The notes: generated from the letters alone by a model not told the origin. A DNA stretch of 32,038 nucleotides from a virus (IMGVR_UViG_3300046786_000521:1-32038); one strand, 5' to 3'; shown: positions 1 through 8,099, counted from the stretch's first letter. Numbers and translations: made by a program.

Positions 1-40
1 ATCAGTTTTATTAGATTAGGTTCTTACGTCTAATCATCTG

Positions 41-48
41 CAAATATA
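41..48 (-). promoter_or_regulatory. Bacteroidota-type -7 promoter box (TATATTTG), pointing out of the window
   Basis: Matches TAnnTTTG on the minus strand in an intergenic region; no clear -33 box. Confidence 0.5.
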
Positions 49-113
49 ATACTATTTTTAAAAAAAGCCACACCTTTCTCGAAAAACACTATGAAAAAAA
101 TAGGATAAGAACG

Positions 114-144
114 TTTGTAATTTGATGTGGCTTTTATATCTTTG
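114..144 (+). promoter_or_regulatory. Bacteroidota-type promoter, -33 TTTG and -7 TATCTTTG
   Basis: TTTG 114-117, 19-nt spacer, TATCTTTG 137-144. Confidence 0.65.
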
Positions 145-148
145 CACC

Positions 149-212
149 GATATACAAATTAATAACTTGTGTACGGTTTCTTTAGGGTAGGGGTGGTTCC
201 CTACCTTTTTTT
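149..212 (+). ncRNA. Candidate small RNA 1
   Basis: Promoter upstream; 5' hairpin TATACAA/TTGTGTA (151-157/167-173); terminator hairpin plus T7; no ORF. Confidence 0.45.
186..212 (+). terminator. Intrinsic terminator
   Basis: GGTAGGG-gtggtt-CCCTACC followed by TTTTTTT. Confidence 0.65.
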
Positions 213-455
213 ATTTAAGCGATATTCAGTTATGCGCGTCTTTTTACCATAATGCGTGATGTATGGCTTTGTTTCATACCCAATATCCCATCCGTCCTCA
301 ATCAAATCTTTAATCCTGCGCGGAGTGGCTGAATTAGATATAAATAGTTTTCGCATCGCATCTACTGTTGTAATGCGTTTGAACTTTTTTAGATAATTAA
401 GCAGTGCTTGCTTTTGTGTCGGATTGGCAATTTTGCCTTGATTGATTGGTTTCAT
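201..455 (-). CDS. Winged helix-turn-helix protein (HTH_39-like)
   Basis: TQKQALLNYL..ITTVDA..RRIKDL..GWDI..EYRL pattern typical of phage wHTH proteins. Confidence 0.7.
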   Translation of the reverse strand: MKPINQGKIANPTQKQALLNYLKKFKRITTVDAMRKLFISNSATPRRIKDLIEDGWDIGYETKPYITHYGKKTRITEYRLNKKR

Positions 456-585
456 TGGTTATTTTAGTTTTAGTGAGAAATAGTAGTTTTTGATCGTATC
501 GGTCATAATATTTTAGAACATCATATTCTTCCCAAGTCCATTCAAATTGCTTCCATAATTTCAATTGCTCTTGTTCCTGCGTCAT
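397..585 (-). CDS. Hypothetical protein (62 aa)
   Basis: ATG at 585 overlaps the exonuclease stop (ATGA coupling); overlaps the next gene by 59 nt. Confidence 0.5.
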   Translation of the reverse strand: MTQEQEQLKLWKQFEWTWEEYDVLKYYDRYDQKLLFLTKTKITNETNQSRQNCQSDTKASTA

Positions 586-1286
586 AATTCGATTGTTTGG
601 TAGAAATTTCGGCATTTCTCTATTTGCGTGATAAGATGTGCTATTTTGTTATCATCGTGGCTTATTTCGAATGTTTTAAGCCTTTTTTGAGCAGGAATAT
701 GACTGAATGTATGATTCTTTTCAATCTGCTCACAAATGCGCTGATATTCTTTATTATTCTCATCGCATCCGAACTTAAAAAAGTAACGCTTTTGTTCTTC
801 TTGGATAATTTCCAATGGTGTATCAATCAAAGCATAGCGCAATCGTGCTTTTGTTGCTCCTGTAAGCCACATATACCCACGTAACTGCCATTCATATATC
901 TTGGTCATTTCAGCCTCTGCATAGGATTTAATAGTGAATGAACATTTGGTATCTTCCACAATTGTTTCGCCATTGTCAGTAATTACCAAGTCAGGACTTC
1001 CCATAATATAATCATTCTTTAAGATACCACCTTTGAACTTCTCGCGGAAGATCCCATCATTGGCAACATCCTGAACTAATTGCATCGCATCCTGTTCGCA
1101 TAGCAATCCTTTGAGCATAGCATCAGTGACAACTATCTCATCGTAGCCATATTCATTCTTCAGCCAAATTTCTTTGATGTATGTCTTTGTAGTTTCGGAA
1201 AGCAATCCTGCTTCCTTATCAGCCTTTAATTTAGGCTCGGTCATTAATTTGCCCAATTGAGAGCAACGGAATAATACTTGATTCAT
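582..1286 (-). CDS. YqaJ/lambda-type PD-(D/E)xK exonuclease
   Basis: FRCSQLG, GSPD, EDTKC, YEWQLRGYMWLTG motifs; close to RecT; start set at the ATG after the CTACCACT leader. Confidence 0.8.
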   Translation of the reverse strand: MNQVLFRCSQLGKLMTEPKLKADKEAGLLSETTKTYIKEIWLKNEYGYDEIVVTDAMLKGLLCEQDAMQLVQDVANDGIFREKFKGGILKNDYIMGSPDLVITDNGETIVEDTKCSFTIKSYAEAEMTKIYEWQLRGYMWLTGATKARLRYALIDTPLEIIQEEQKRYFFKFGCDENNKEYQRICEQIEKNHTFSHIPAQKRLKTFEISHDDNKIAHLITQIEKCRNFYQTIEL

Positions 1287-1325
1287 AGTGGTAGTAGTGT
1301 TATTGGTCAGCAAATATGCAAGATA

Positions 1326-1547
1326 TTATTCAATAATTGTGCTTTTCAATTCAACTTTATTCCACATATCATTGTGGATAGTTAAGAATTCAACCCACGT
1401 ATCGTAGGTTTCCTGCGCTTTGCTGATTTCATTGGCATAAAATGGCTTTGATTCTTTACAATACCCATTTTCATCAAATAGGCGCACATAAATCCATTCT
1501 ACATTGTTAATGCCCGTTTCGCTTGATAGTGTTACTTTGTACTTCAT
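1326..1547 (-). CDS. Hypothetical protein
   Basis: 73-aa ORF preceded by the repeated leader motif. Confidence 0.7.
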   Translation of the reverse strand: MKYKVTLSSETGINNVEWIYVRLFDENGYCKESKPFYANEISKAQETYDTWVEFLTIHNDMWNKVELKSTIIE

Positions 1548-1639
1548 AGTGGTAGTTTTTATTTGTTTATTATTTACGTTTTTAGTGTTTTTGTTGATTT
1601 TAATCTACAAGTCAAGTTTTTGGAACCATTTACTTGACA

Positions 1640-2542
1640 TTATTTGTTTTTAGTTGGTTTCTTAGTCAATTCTTCCCTTCTCTCTTGGATAGCATCATAA
1701 CATCCATTCCCTACCGCAGTGTCCTCAAACGCATCTAATTCTTCTGCTGTGCCTAATTTCTTGATATGTGCAACAATGCGCTCACGTTCCTTGCGATTAT
1801 TGACTTCATCGATATCCATTGTGATTTTATCATTGTCAATGTATTCGACTTGATTTGTATCAGCATCCAATACCACTGCTTGATCGCTAATAACTGCCTT
1901 TTGCATTTCTACCGAAAGTGGAGCAAATTTGGATAGTAATAATTTAAGCACGGTTTTACTTGCCATTGCATCGAAATCATCCTTCCACAATCCATATCCT
2001 TTAGCAAATGTTTGGCTAAATTTCTTTCCGTGTGCAGTCAATTCCTCCGTTGACATAAACAAGGTGTTTTCTGCTCCATTAATAAGTTTAAAATAAGAAG
2101 CATATCCTACAATCTTGTCACTTGTTTTTTTGCTAAAATCGAACTTATATCCTGTTAATGGATTGGCTTCTATAATTTGTCCTTCATAAATCTTGGAAGA
2201 TGAAATAGTCAAAAATTGTCCTGAACGATAAGCTAATTGGATAAACGCCTTATATCCCATTTGAAACTGAGCAACCGTCTTATAACTTCCATCCTTTTGG
2301 CGTTGGTTGTAAGGTACAATATAGGCGAATCCAAGCGAATTATTCAATGGTAGGTCCAATGTAGCGGCTACTGCTGCTGATTGGTACACCGACATTGGTT
2401 CGGCTTTCTTTAATAAATCATTTGATGCGACAATCTGCAATACTGATGTAATAAATTGTGGCGCACGTTTGCCTAACATTTCTTTGAACTTATCCTGAAC
2501 GGACATTTGTGCAAAGAATTCTTTAGTAGTTAAATTTGACAT
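1640..2542 (-). CDS. recT: RecT-family single-strand annealing protein
   Basis: LGFAYIVPY, AQFQMGYKAFIQLAYRSG, W..DFDAMASKTVLKLLLSKFAPLS. Confidence 0.9.
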   Translation of the reverse strand: MSNLTTKEFFAQMSVQDKFKEMLGKRAPQFITSVLQIVASNDLLKKAEPMSVYQSAAVAATLDLPLNNSLGFAYIVPYNQRQKDGSYKTVAQFQMGYKAFIQLAYRSGQFLTISSSKIYEGQIIEANPLTGYKFDFSKKTSDKIVGYASYFKLINGAENTLFMSTEELTAHGKKFSQTFAKGYGLWKDDFDAMASKTVLKLLLSKFAPLSVEMQKAVISDQAVVLDADTNQVEYIDNDKITMDIDEVNNRKERERIVAHIKKLGTAEELDAFEDTAVGNGCYDAIQERREELTKKPTKNK

Positions 2543-2617
2543 AGTTGCTTGGTTTTGTTGGTGTAAAATTACAAATTAAGGATGGTATTTTGTGGGCAAA
2601 TTACCCACAGCATAGTG

Positions 2618-2842
2618 TTAACAAGTCATTGGAACATCCGTGTAATTAGTTGTTGAACCATCGCGATTGATTGAATGATGTAATCTTACTTTTGGTTTAT
2701 CCTGCGATACCTCTCTCCAATACTTTTTGCCATTGACAATATACCATTCCCATTTTCTTCCATTGCCCGGAATCAAGAAAGCATAGCGGAATGTTTCACT
2801 ATTTAATAATCGGTAGTAGATTAATTTGAATAATTTTTTCAT
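2618..2842 (-). CDS. Hypothetical protein
   Basis: 74-aa ORF, ATGA-coupled to the upstream gene. Confidence 0.65.
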   Translation of the reverse strand: MKKLFKLIYYRLLNSETFRYAFLIPGNGRKWEWYIVNGKKYWREVSQDKPKVRLHHSINRDGSTTNYTDVPMTC

Positions 2843-3024
2843 TGTTCGTCAATTTTAGAATTTAAAAAGTCAACTAAATGTTCGGTGTGGATTGCTCGGT
2901 TATTACTGAATTCACATCCGAATTTACGCAATTTTGCATATTGAACATAGAATGTAACCTGTACTTTCTTGTCATCATTGCTAACAGGCTTCCTTCCTCG
3001 TTTGATTGTTTTTGTTTTTGGCAT
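2839..3024 (-). CDS. Small putative DNA-binding protein (ribbon-helix-helix-like)
   Basis: RGRKP followed by a beta-strand-like KVQVTFYV. Confidence 0.5.
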   Translation of the reverse strand: MPKTKTIKRGRKPVSNDDKKVQVTFYVQYAKLRKFGCEFSNNRAIHTEHLVDFLNSKIDEQ

Positions 3025-3048
3025 TTGATTAGTTTTTGTCGGGAAGTG

Positions 3049-3099
3049 GTGGGGTAGTGTTATCTGCTAACTGCCTACCCCACATTCAACCGAGCAGAT
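3049..3099 (-). other. Structured intergenic RNA element (pseudoknot or alternative folds)
   Basis: GTGGGGTAG/CTACCCCAC 9-bp stem interleaved with ATCTGCT/AGCAGAT 7-bp stem. Confidence 0.45.
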
Positions 3100-3395
3100 T
3101 AGTTATTCCAATTATCTTCAGCAGTTTCAAGTAGTGTATTGCAGATAATATCGTGCATCAAACTATTTTTTAGCACTGAATCTGCTATGCTTATAAAATG
3201 GTTATCATGTTGTAATACTACATCGTGGATAGCTTCAATCTCGTAGTGGAATTCGATTGGAGTGAATAAGTCATCCTCATCGCGTTCCCATCCTTCAATT
3301 ACTTCTAATAATGTGTAAGTAACGAAGATTTCATAGCCATTGTCATCACTAATTGGGGAAGTGATTTTTTTCTCTTTGGTGATAGTTTTGCTCAT
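3099..3395 (-). CDS. Hypothetical acidic protein
   Basis: 98-aa ORF with an A/C-rich leader. Confidence 0.7.
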   Translation of the reverse strand: MSKTITKEKKITSPISDDNGYEIFVTYTLLEVIEGWERDEDDLFTPIEFHYEIEAIHDVVLQHDNHFISIADSVLKNSLMHDIICNTLLETAEDNWNN

Positions 3396-3409
3396 TGTAT
3401 TTGTTGGTT

Positions 3410-3643
3410 TTAATTAATTGAACAATCGATTGATAAAGTAGCGTAGTTTAAGCCTAATTGGTTGATCATAGCATCAATTAGTTGTCCTGAATAGGTGCGC
3501 TTTAAATCTACTTCTATTTGAAGCATATTAACGGATGCGTAGTTATGCTCGTGCCATTGACCATTTTCATCCATAACTTCAACTTGAACAGGAATACCTG
3601 CAATAAGATTTAATTCGATTTCGGTGTAGATGTTGTTTTTCAT
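3410..3643 (-). CDS. Hypothetical protein (77 aa)
   Basis: Start reassigned to the ATG inside the leader repeat. Confidence 0.7.
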   Translation of the reverse strand: MKNNIYTEIELNLIAGIPVQVEVMDENGQWHEHNYASVNMLQIEVDLKRTYSGQLIDAMINQLGLNYATLSIDCSIN

Positions 3644-3701
3644 TGTGGTAGGTTTTATTTGTTTATGTGCGTGATGGATGCGCACCCCCATTAAAATAAT
3701 A

Positions 3702-3977
3702 TTAATCAAACATTTCAATATGAGATGTATCAATTTTAAGTTCACTACAAGCATCAAATCCTTTATCAGTAAGCACCATCATAGGAGATTGTTTTTGCTC
3801 ATAAGCTCCATAATCAGAGCAGTCCCATACAAGACCTTTTTTTACTAAAGAACCTAAAGCTCCTTTTTCCTCGTTAGTAATGGCAAGTGCTGAAAAACAA
3901 GTGTAATTGCATTCATCTTGGCAGTTAGCTACTTTAGTAATTACTTTGATTTCTAATTGTGTTAAAATGTTTTTCAT
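3702..3977 (-). CDS. Hypothetical protein, winged-helix-like
   Basis: KGALGSLVKKGLV...LTDKG resembles a wHTH recognition helix and wing; starts in a leader repeat. Confidence 0.6.
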   Translation of the reverse strand: MKNILTQLEIKVITKVANCQDECNYTCFSALAITNEEKGALGSLVKKGLVWDCSDYGAYEQKQSPMMVLTDKGFDACSELKIDTSHIEMFD

Positions 3978-3988
3978 TGTGGTAGGTT

Positions 3989-4156
3989 TTAATTGTTATT
4001 GTTTATTTCGTCTAAAAATTTTGCTTTAATTAATTCTATATCTTCAATCCACATTTCTTTTGTTTCATTACTCAGTTTTGATAAATGTTCATTAAGGAAA
4101 TGAAATGCAGTGTTTATTACAATAATGTCATGTTTTGTTAATTCTACTTGTTTCAT
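3989..4156 (-). CDS. Hypothetical protein (55 aa)
   Basis: Start in one leader repeat, stop in the next. Confidence 0.65.
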   Translation of the reverse strand: MKQVELTKHDIIVINTAFHFLNEHLSKLSNETKEMWIEDIELIKAKFLDEINNNN

Positions 4157-4195
4157 TGTGGTAGGTTTTAATTGTTTTTTGATTGTTTGGTAGAA

Positions 4196-4226
4196 CAAAG
4201 ATATGGTGCGATTTTACATTTTGCAA
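4196..4226 (-). promoter_or_regulatory. Bacteroidota-type promoter for the small-gene and recombination operon
   Basis: TTG (4226-4224), 20-nt spacer, TATCTTTG (4203-4196). Confidence 0.7.
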
Positions 4227-4336
4227 GTTTTTTATGAATTATTTTTCACTTTTTTAATCAAATATGCCTCAAACATCGTCCTGTACGGCAAACTATTTTT
4301 TAAGAATAATAAAAAAATGGCACTATTTAAACGGAG

Positions 4337-4363
4337 AAAGGGGTGGACTAAAGCCAACCCCCC
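4337..4363 (-). terminator. Probable intrinsic terminator
   Basis: GGGGTTGG-ctttagt-CCACCCC-TTT after the HExxH gene. Confidence 0.5.
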
Positions 4364-4389
4364 ATAATAAAATACAAACCTCCGTATCT

Positions 4390-4689
4390 TTAAATCAAAT
4401 GTTCATCCTGCAAAGGAATTAAATCTCGATTATCTACTCGCCTGTAGCCTTGATCCCAAAGAATGCGCGTAATGGCTGTTGAAAGCCTAACAATGCCTTC
4501 TTCGTTCATTTCAGGCAACAAGATATGACAACTTTCGTGCGTTAGTATCTCCAAGTGTTTTTTGCCTATTATTCTGCTGTCAATCTCAATTGTATTTGTA
4601 GAATGGTCAGCAATGCCATAAGCCTTTTCTTTGCCTAATCTACGATATATTATCGTGATTTCATCCACTTGTTTCTTACGCTTTGCCAT
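4390..4689 (-). CDS. Small zincin-like metallopeptidase
   Basis: AYGIA..TIEID..ILTHESCH (HExxH)..EE. Confidence 0.7.
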   Translation of the reverse strand: MAKRKKQVDEITIIYRRLGKEKAYGIADHSTNTIEIDSRIIGKKHLEILTHESCHILLPEMNEEGIVRLSTAITRILWDQGYRRVDNRDLIPLQDEHLI

Positions 4690-4691
4690 AA

Positions 4692-5585
4692 CTATAAAGT
4701 TATAGTTTGCGTTCCATAAAACATCGCTTTCTTGATTAATTTTCGCGATTCATTTTCATCACGTACTTGTTCTACATTTACAAATACACCACCTAATGGC
4801 TTTGCAGGTCTGCCTTTCTCTATATGGAATCCTCCTTCCGTAAATTCTTGCTTATATGTAGAAGATTGAACCAATAATACCGAGCGCAATTTGGCACTAT
4901 TTGAACTTGGATTTGTATCAAGATAGTGCATCATTACTTCGGTGTTCGATTTCTCGTGGATGTGTCCTTGACTGATAATATCTGCACCTTCTACTGACAT
5001 CATATGACGCGACATAGATATCTGACCTCTCGTAACTGCTCCACCTCCACCATATCCGTGATGAAAATAAAGATTCAATGAATTTGCAACTTTATTACTA
5101 TTTGGTTCTAATACTTTAATCATCACCCATCCGTGATAACCCATAACAGGTACACCTGAATTTAACCCCCCTGCAAAACGCTCCAATACATCCGTTTCTA
5201 AATTCTTTAAGATGGCTGTTTCGTGATTACCATTGCCTAAAACCATATTTTTTGCATAGGGCTTATACCATTCAATGGCATCATTGATCACAGCATCCAA
5301 ATAATTGTGAACATTATGTTCAGGGCGAATATCTTTCTTGCTTCTACGTGGATCCCATTTACCCTGCATTAAGCAGAATGTATCTCCGGGCATTACAATC
5401 AATGCTTCCTGCGCTACGGCTTCATCAAGATGTTTTTTTAATAGTTTACGATCGCATTTAGGATTATCCCAATGTTGGTCAGGTGCGATAAAGATATTAA
5501 AGTCCTTTTCTCCTTTTTTTAGGTGTACGCGGACTTCGCAAACCATTTTGTTTAACTTCTTAATTTCGTAGCGTGGCATTGTCAA
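4692..5585 (-). CDS. Calcineurin-like metallophosphoesterase
   Basis: DxH (DQH), GD, GNHE, HHG, GHIH motifs in canonical order. Confidence 0.85.
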   Translation of the reverse strand: MTMPRYEIKKLNKMVCEVRVHLKKGEKDFNIFIAPDQHWDNPKCDRKLLKKHLDEAVAQEALIVMPGDTFCLMQGKWDPRRSKKDIRPEHNVHNYLDAVINDAIEWYKPYAKNMVLGNGNHETAILKNLETDVLERFAGGLNSGVPVMGYHGWVMIKVLEPNSNKVANSLNLYFHHGYGGGGAVTRGQISMSRHMMSVEGADIISQGHIHEKSNTEVMMHYLDTNPSSNSAKLRSVLLVQSSTYKQEFTEGGFHIEKGRPAKPLGGVFVNVEQVRDENESRKLIKKAMFYGTQTITL

Positions 5586-5968
5586 TTGTTTTGTATGAGC
5601 AGGAATATATGCCTATGATAGCCATCTAATTCACAATGCTCAAAATCAGAAAATGTAAATGGATAGTGTGTGATTTCTTTCTCCACACTCGTTATTTCTT
5701 CCATCTGCTTCCAATATTGAGCAAATGCAGGATTATCTTGTTTGATGATTATCTGCCCATTATCCTCCACGCCTAATTCCTTGACTAATTTGTCCGATTC
5801 AGAACGCACAAATTCCACGCTCGGCTTGATGCTTTGCAATAATTCGTTTAAATAATACTTTGTCTTGAATGGTAACTTATGCGCTAAAATTCCTTTGATT
5901 TGGTCGTTGCCTTCCAATTCAATTTGCAGTGCTAAGATTTGGTCTAATGTTAATTTGGTAGATTTCAT
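5582..5968 (-). CDS. Hypothetical helical protein (128 aa)
   Basis: Start reassigned to the ATG at 5968, downstream of the previous stop. Confidence 0.7.
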   Translation of the reverse strand: MKSTKLTLDQILALQIELEGNDQIKGILAHKLPFKTKYYLNELLQSIKPSVEFVRSESDKLVKELGVEDNGQIIIKQDNPAFAQYWKQMEEITSVEKEITHYPFTFSDFEHCELDGYHRHIFLLIQNN

Positions 5969-5972
5969 TAGA

Positions 5973-5980
5973 CAAATATA
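5973..5980 (-). promoter_or_regulatory. -7 promoter box TATATTTG
   Basis: TAnnTTTG 4 nt before the ATG at 5968. Confidence 0.5.
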
Positions 5981-5984
5981 AGAA

Positions 5985-6236
5985 TTATTCTGATTCCAAC
6001 AACTCTTTGATACGCGCTTCGGCTTGTTCATCGGTCCATTGACCTATGGCATCATATGCTTCGCCTTCCCATAATACAAGTTGTTTTGTAATTGGGTAAC
6101 CATTTTCATTATACGCTAATGTAACTTCAGTGATTACATTCTTATAGTCCTGGCTATCAATAATAGAAGAATAAAACACTACATCAGTAATGATTGCTGT
6201 TCTTGCTTCGATTGTTTTAGATAATTGTATTTGCAT
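5985..6236 (-). CDS. Hypothetical tail-fibre-associated protein (83 aa)
   Basis: ATG 1 nt after the fibre stop; LVLWEGEAYDAIGQWTD motif. Confidence 0.65.
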   Translation of the reverse strand: MQIQLSKTIEARTAIITDVVFYSSIIDSQDYKNVITEVTLAYNENGYPITKQLVLWEGEAYDAIGQWTDEQAEARIKELLESE

Positions 6237-6237
6237 T

Positions 6238-8046
6238 TTATACGAGTGTAAATGTTTTAGTAGTCGCGCCAACACGCATTTTTAAGTTGGTTCCATCATA
6301 CCAAATATCACCATCAGCAGGAGCAGATGGATTTGTACCTACGGATGTTTTTAAGTTGATTTGCGCATATCCTGTGGTGTTTGCTCCAATATGCAATAAT
6401 GCCGATGCAGGATTTAATGCACCTGCCGTATCAATCGAAGTACGCATATAATGTTGGACAAAACGATAAGAACTTGAAGTGTTAAACAAATCATATCTTA
6501 TTGCTACATCATAAGCCGTGAAAGTAGAATTGGTAGGCATTGCCCACTCAATATTCTTCTCGTGTGTTCCTGATAATGTACTAATACGCAATTGTATTTG
6601 CGGAACTGTTGCAGTATAACCAAAAAGTGACCTATTTGCTAATGTAAAAATAGGATATATCCAAGGAGCATTAAACGATGAATTATGTGTCATCATTATA
6701 CCGAAGTTACCACTTGCAAAAGATACAGCAGTACCTGCCGCTCCTGAAAATGATGTAGCACTTGCTGAGCCTGTCATAGCGTTTAATATCAATGACCTGC
6801 TTACGCCATTATTCCACAAAATAGTTTGTGTAGTAGTAAATGTGTTTGCTGTTCCAAACAAATTGAACCACGCAGGATTACCACTTTGTACTTGAAGAAT
6901 AAAACCATTAGTACCTATCCCTAATCTTGTTGGGGTTCCACTTGCTCCTCCATATATAATATCACCTGCAGTAGTCATTGGATTGGTCATACCTCCACTT
7001 GAAACAGTTGCCCAACTTGTAGTTGTTCCATTGGTGGTTAGATATTTTCCACTATTGCCTGTTTGAGATGGTAATAATCCATCCGCAGTGTAAGTAGGGA
7101 TATTTAGTGTATTGCTCACAAAAGTAGCAGAACCACTACTACCTGTTGTTGTTAGTGTAATTTGTGCTTGTGGCGTATATCCTAAAATCGTGGCAATTGT
7201 TTTATTCTTCCATAAGGTAGTAGAACTTTCATAAGTAAGAATATCATTATTTGTAGGTGTAGCAATGGCAACATCGTGCAATTCGTCTAATTCATATCCA
7301 TTTTGAATACGTAATACAATTGTACCATTTGTCGGTGATGTTCTCGTAACTACTCCAATATAAACAAGATGATTTGGAGCCGATGGTTTCACATTCGTTA
7401 CGTAACCTGCATTATTTGGGTCTAAATATAACTTATCTCCATCTGCTAATGTGACAGCAGTAATTGGATGTGGTGCTGTTGTACGTGTATCTAAATTATC
7501 AACAAATCCTGCGCACATAACATACCCATCCGTATTATTTGGCATATCCGCTAAAATCATCCCAAATGTACCTGCTGATGTTGACTCAGCATTGGCCCGT
7601 GATAATGTAAAATTAGGTCTATTACCTGTTGAACCACTAATATAAACAATCGAACCTTTATATAAGGTTGCGCCTGTTGAATTTCTGCCTAAAATAGTAA
7701 TTCCTTCTGCTTTATCAACTACCCCTGAATTATCCGTATCATAAACGGACTTTTGCATTACATCAGTAAATGCAACCCCACTATCTTTAATTAATTTGCC
7801 TGTTGTTCCATCAAATAGAACGACATCGCCATCTACTGACGAAGCAGGACCAACAACATCCCCTACAATTGCAGGTAATGTTGGCTTGTTTTTAATGTAC
7901 GCATAAGATGTAATATCCGTTTCCGTCCAATCTGCTTGTACCTGTTCAGGTAAATCAGCATAGTTCAATTTTTGACGCGATAATTCCACCAATTTATTTT
8001 GGATATATTGGAAGGAATAAACAGGATATACTTTTTGCGTTGACAT
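6238..8046 (-). CDS. Tail fibre / receptor-binding protein
   Basis: Thr/Ser/Gly-rich modular protein; QADW..YIKNKP, GDVVGPASS..FDGTTGKLIKDSG, QNGYELDELHDV, GDIWYDGT fibre-type motifs. Confidence 0.75.
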   Translation of the reverse strand: MSTQKVYPVYSFQYIQNKLVELSRQKLNYADLPEQVQADWTETDITSYAYIKNKPTLPAIVGDVVGPASSVDGDVVLFDGTTGKLIKDSGVAFTDVMQKSVYDTDNSGVVDKAEGITILGRNSTGATLYKGSIVYISGSTGNRPNFTLSRANAESTSAGTFGMILADMPNNTDGYVMCAGFVDNLDTRTTAPHPITAVTLADGDKLYLDPNNAGYVTNVKPSAPNHLVYIGVVTRTSPTNGTIVLRIQNGYELDELHDVAIATPTNNDILTYESSTTLWKNKTIATILGYTPQAQITLTTTGSSGSATFVSNTLNIPTYTADGLLPSQTGNSGKYLTTNGTTTSWATVSSGGMTNPMTTAGDIIYGGASGTPTRLGIGTNGFILQVQSGNPAWFNLFGTANTFTTTQTILWNNGVSRSLILNAMTGSASATSFSGAAGTAVSFASGNFGIMMTHNSSFNAPWIYPIFTLANRSLFGYTATVPQIQLRISTLSGTHEKNIEWAMPTNSTFTAYDVAIRYDLFNTSSSYRFVQHYMRTSIDTAGALNPASALLHIGANTTGYAQINLKTSVGTNPSAPADGDIWYDGTNLKMRVGATTKTFTLV

Positions 8047-8050
8047 AGAA

Positions 8051-8058
8051 CAAAGTTA
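8051..8058 (-). promoter_or_regulatory. -7 promoter box TAACTTTG
   Basis: TAnnTTTG 4 nt before the fibre ATG. Confidence 0.5.
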
Positions 8059-8067
8059 CAAATTAGA

Positions 8068-8089
8068 GGGGAATACCGAAGCATCCCCC
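8068..8089 (-). terminator. UUCG-tetraloop hairpin (terminator-like or stability element)
   Basis: GGGGATGC-TTCG-GTATTCCC; weak U-tract. Confidence 0.5.
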
Positions 8090-8099
8090 AACTAATTCT

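Larger units (their letters stand above)
1543..4176 (-). repeat. Four dispersed 25-26 bp start-codon-associated direct repeats
   Basis: tttcattgtggtaggttttaattgtt at 3972-3997 and 4151-4176 (identical), 3638-3663 (1 mismatch), 1543-1567 (more diverged); each contains a gene's ATG. Confidence 0.9.

Noticed and set aside
3638-4176. 26-bp repeats as a CRISPR array
   Set aside because: The intervals are about 150-310 bp protein-coding genes, the repeats contain start codons, and no cas genes were seen
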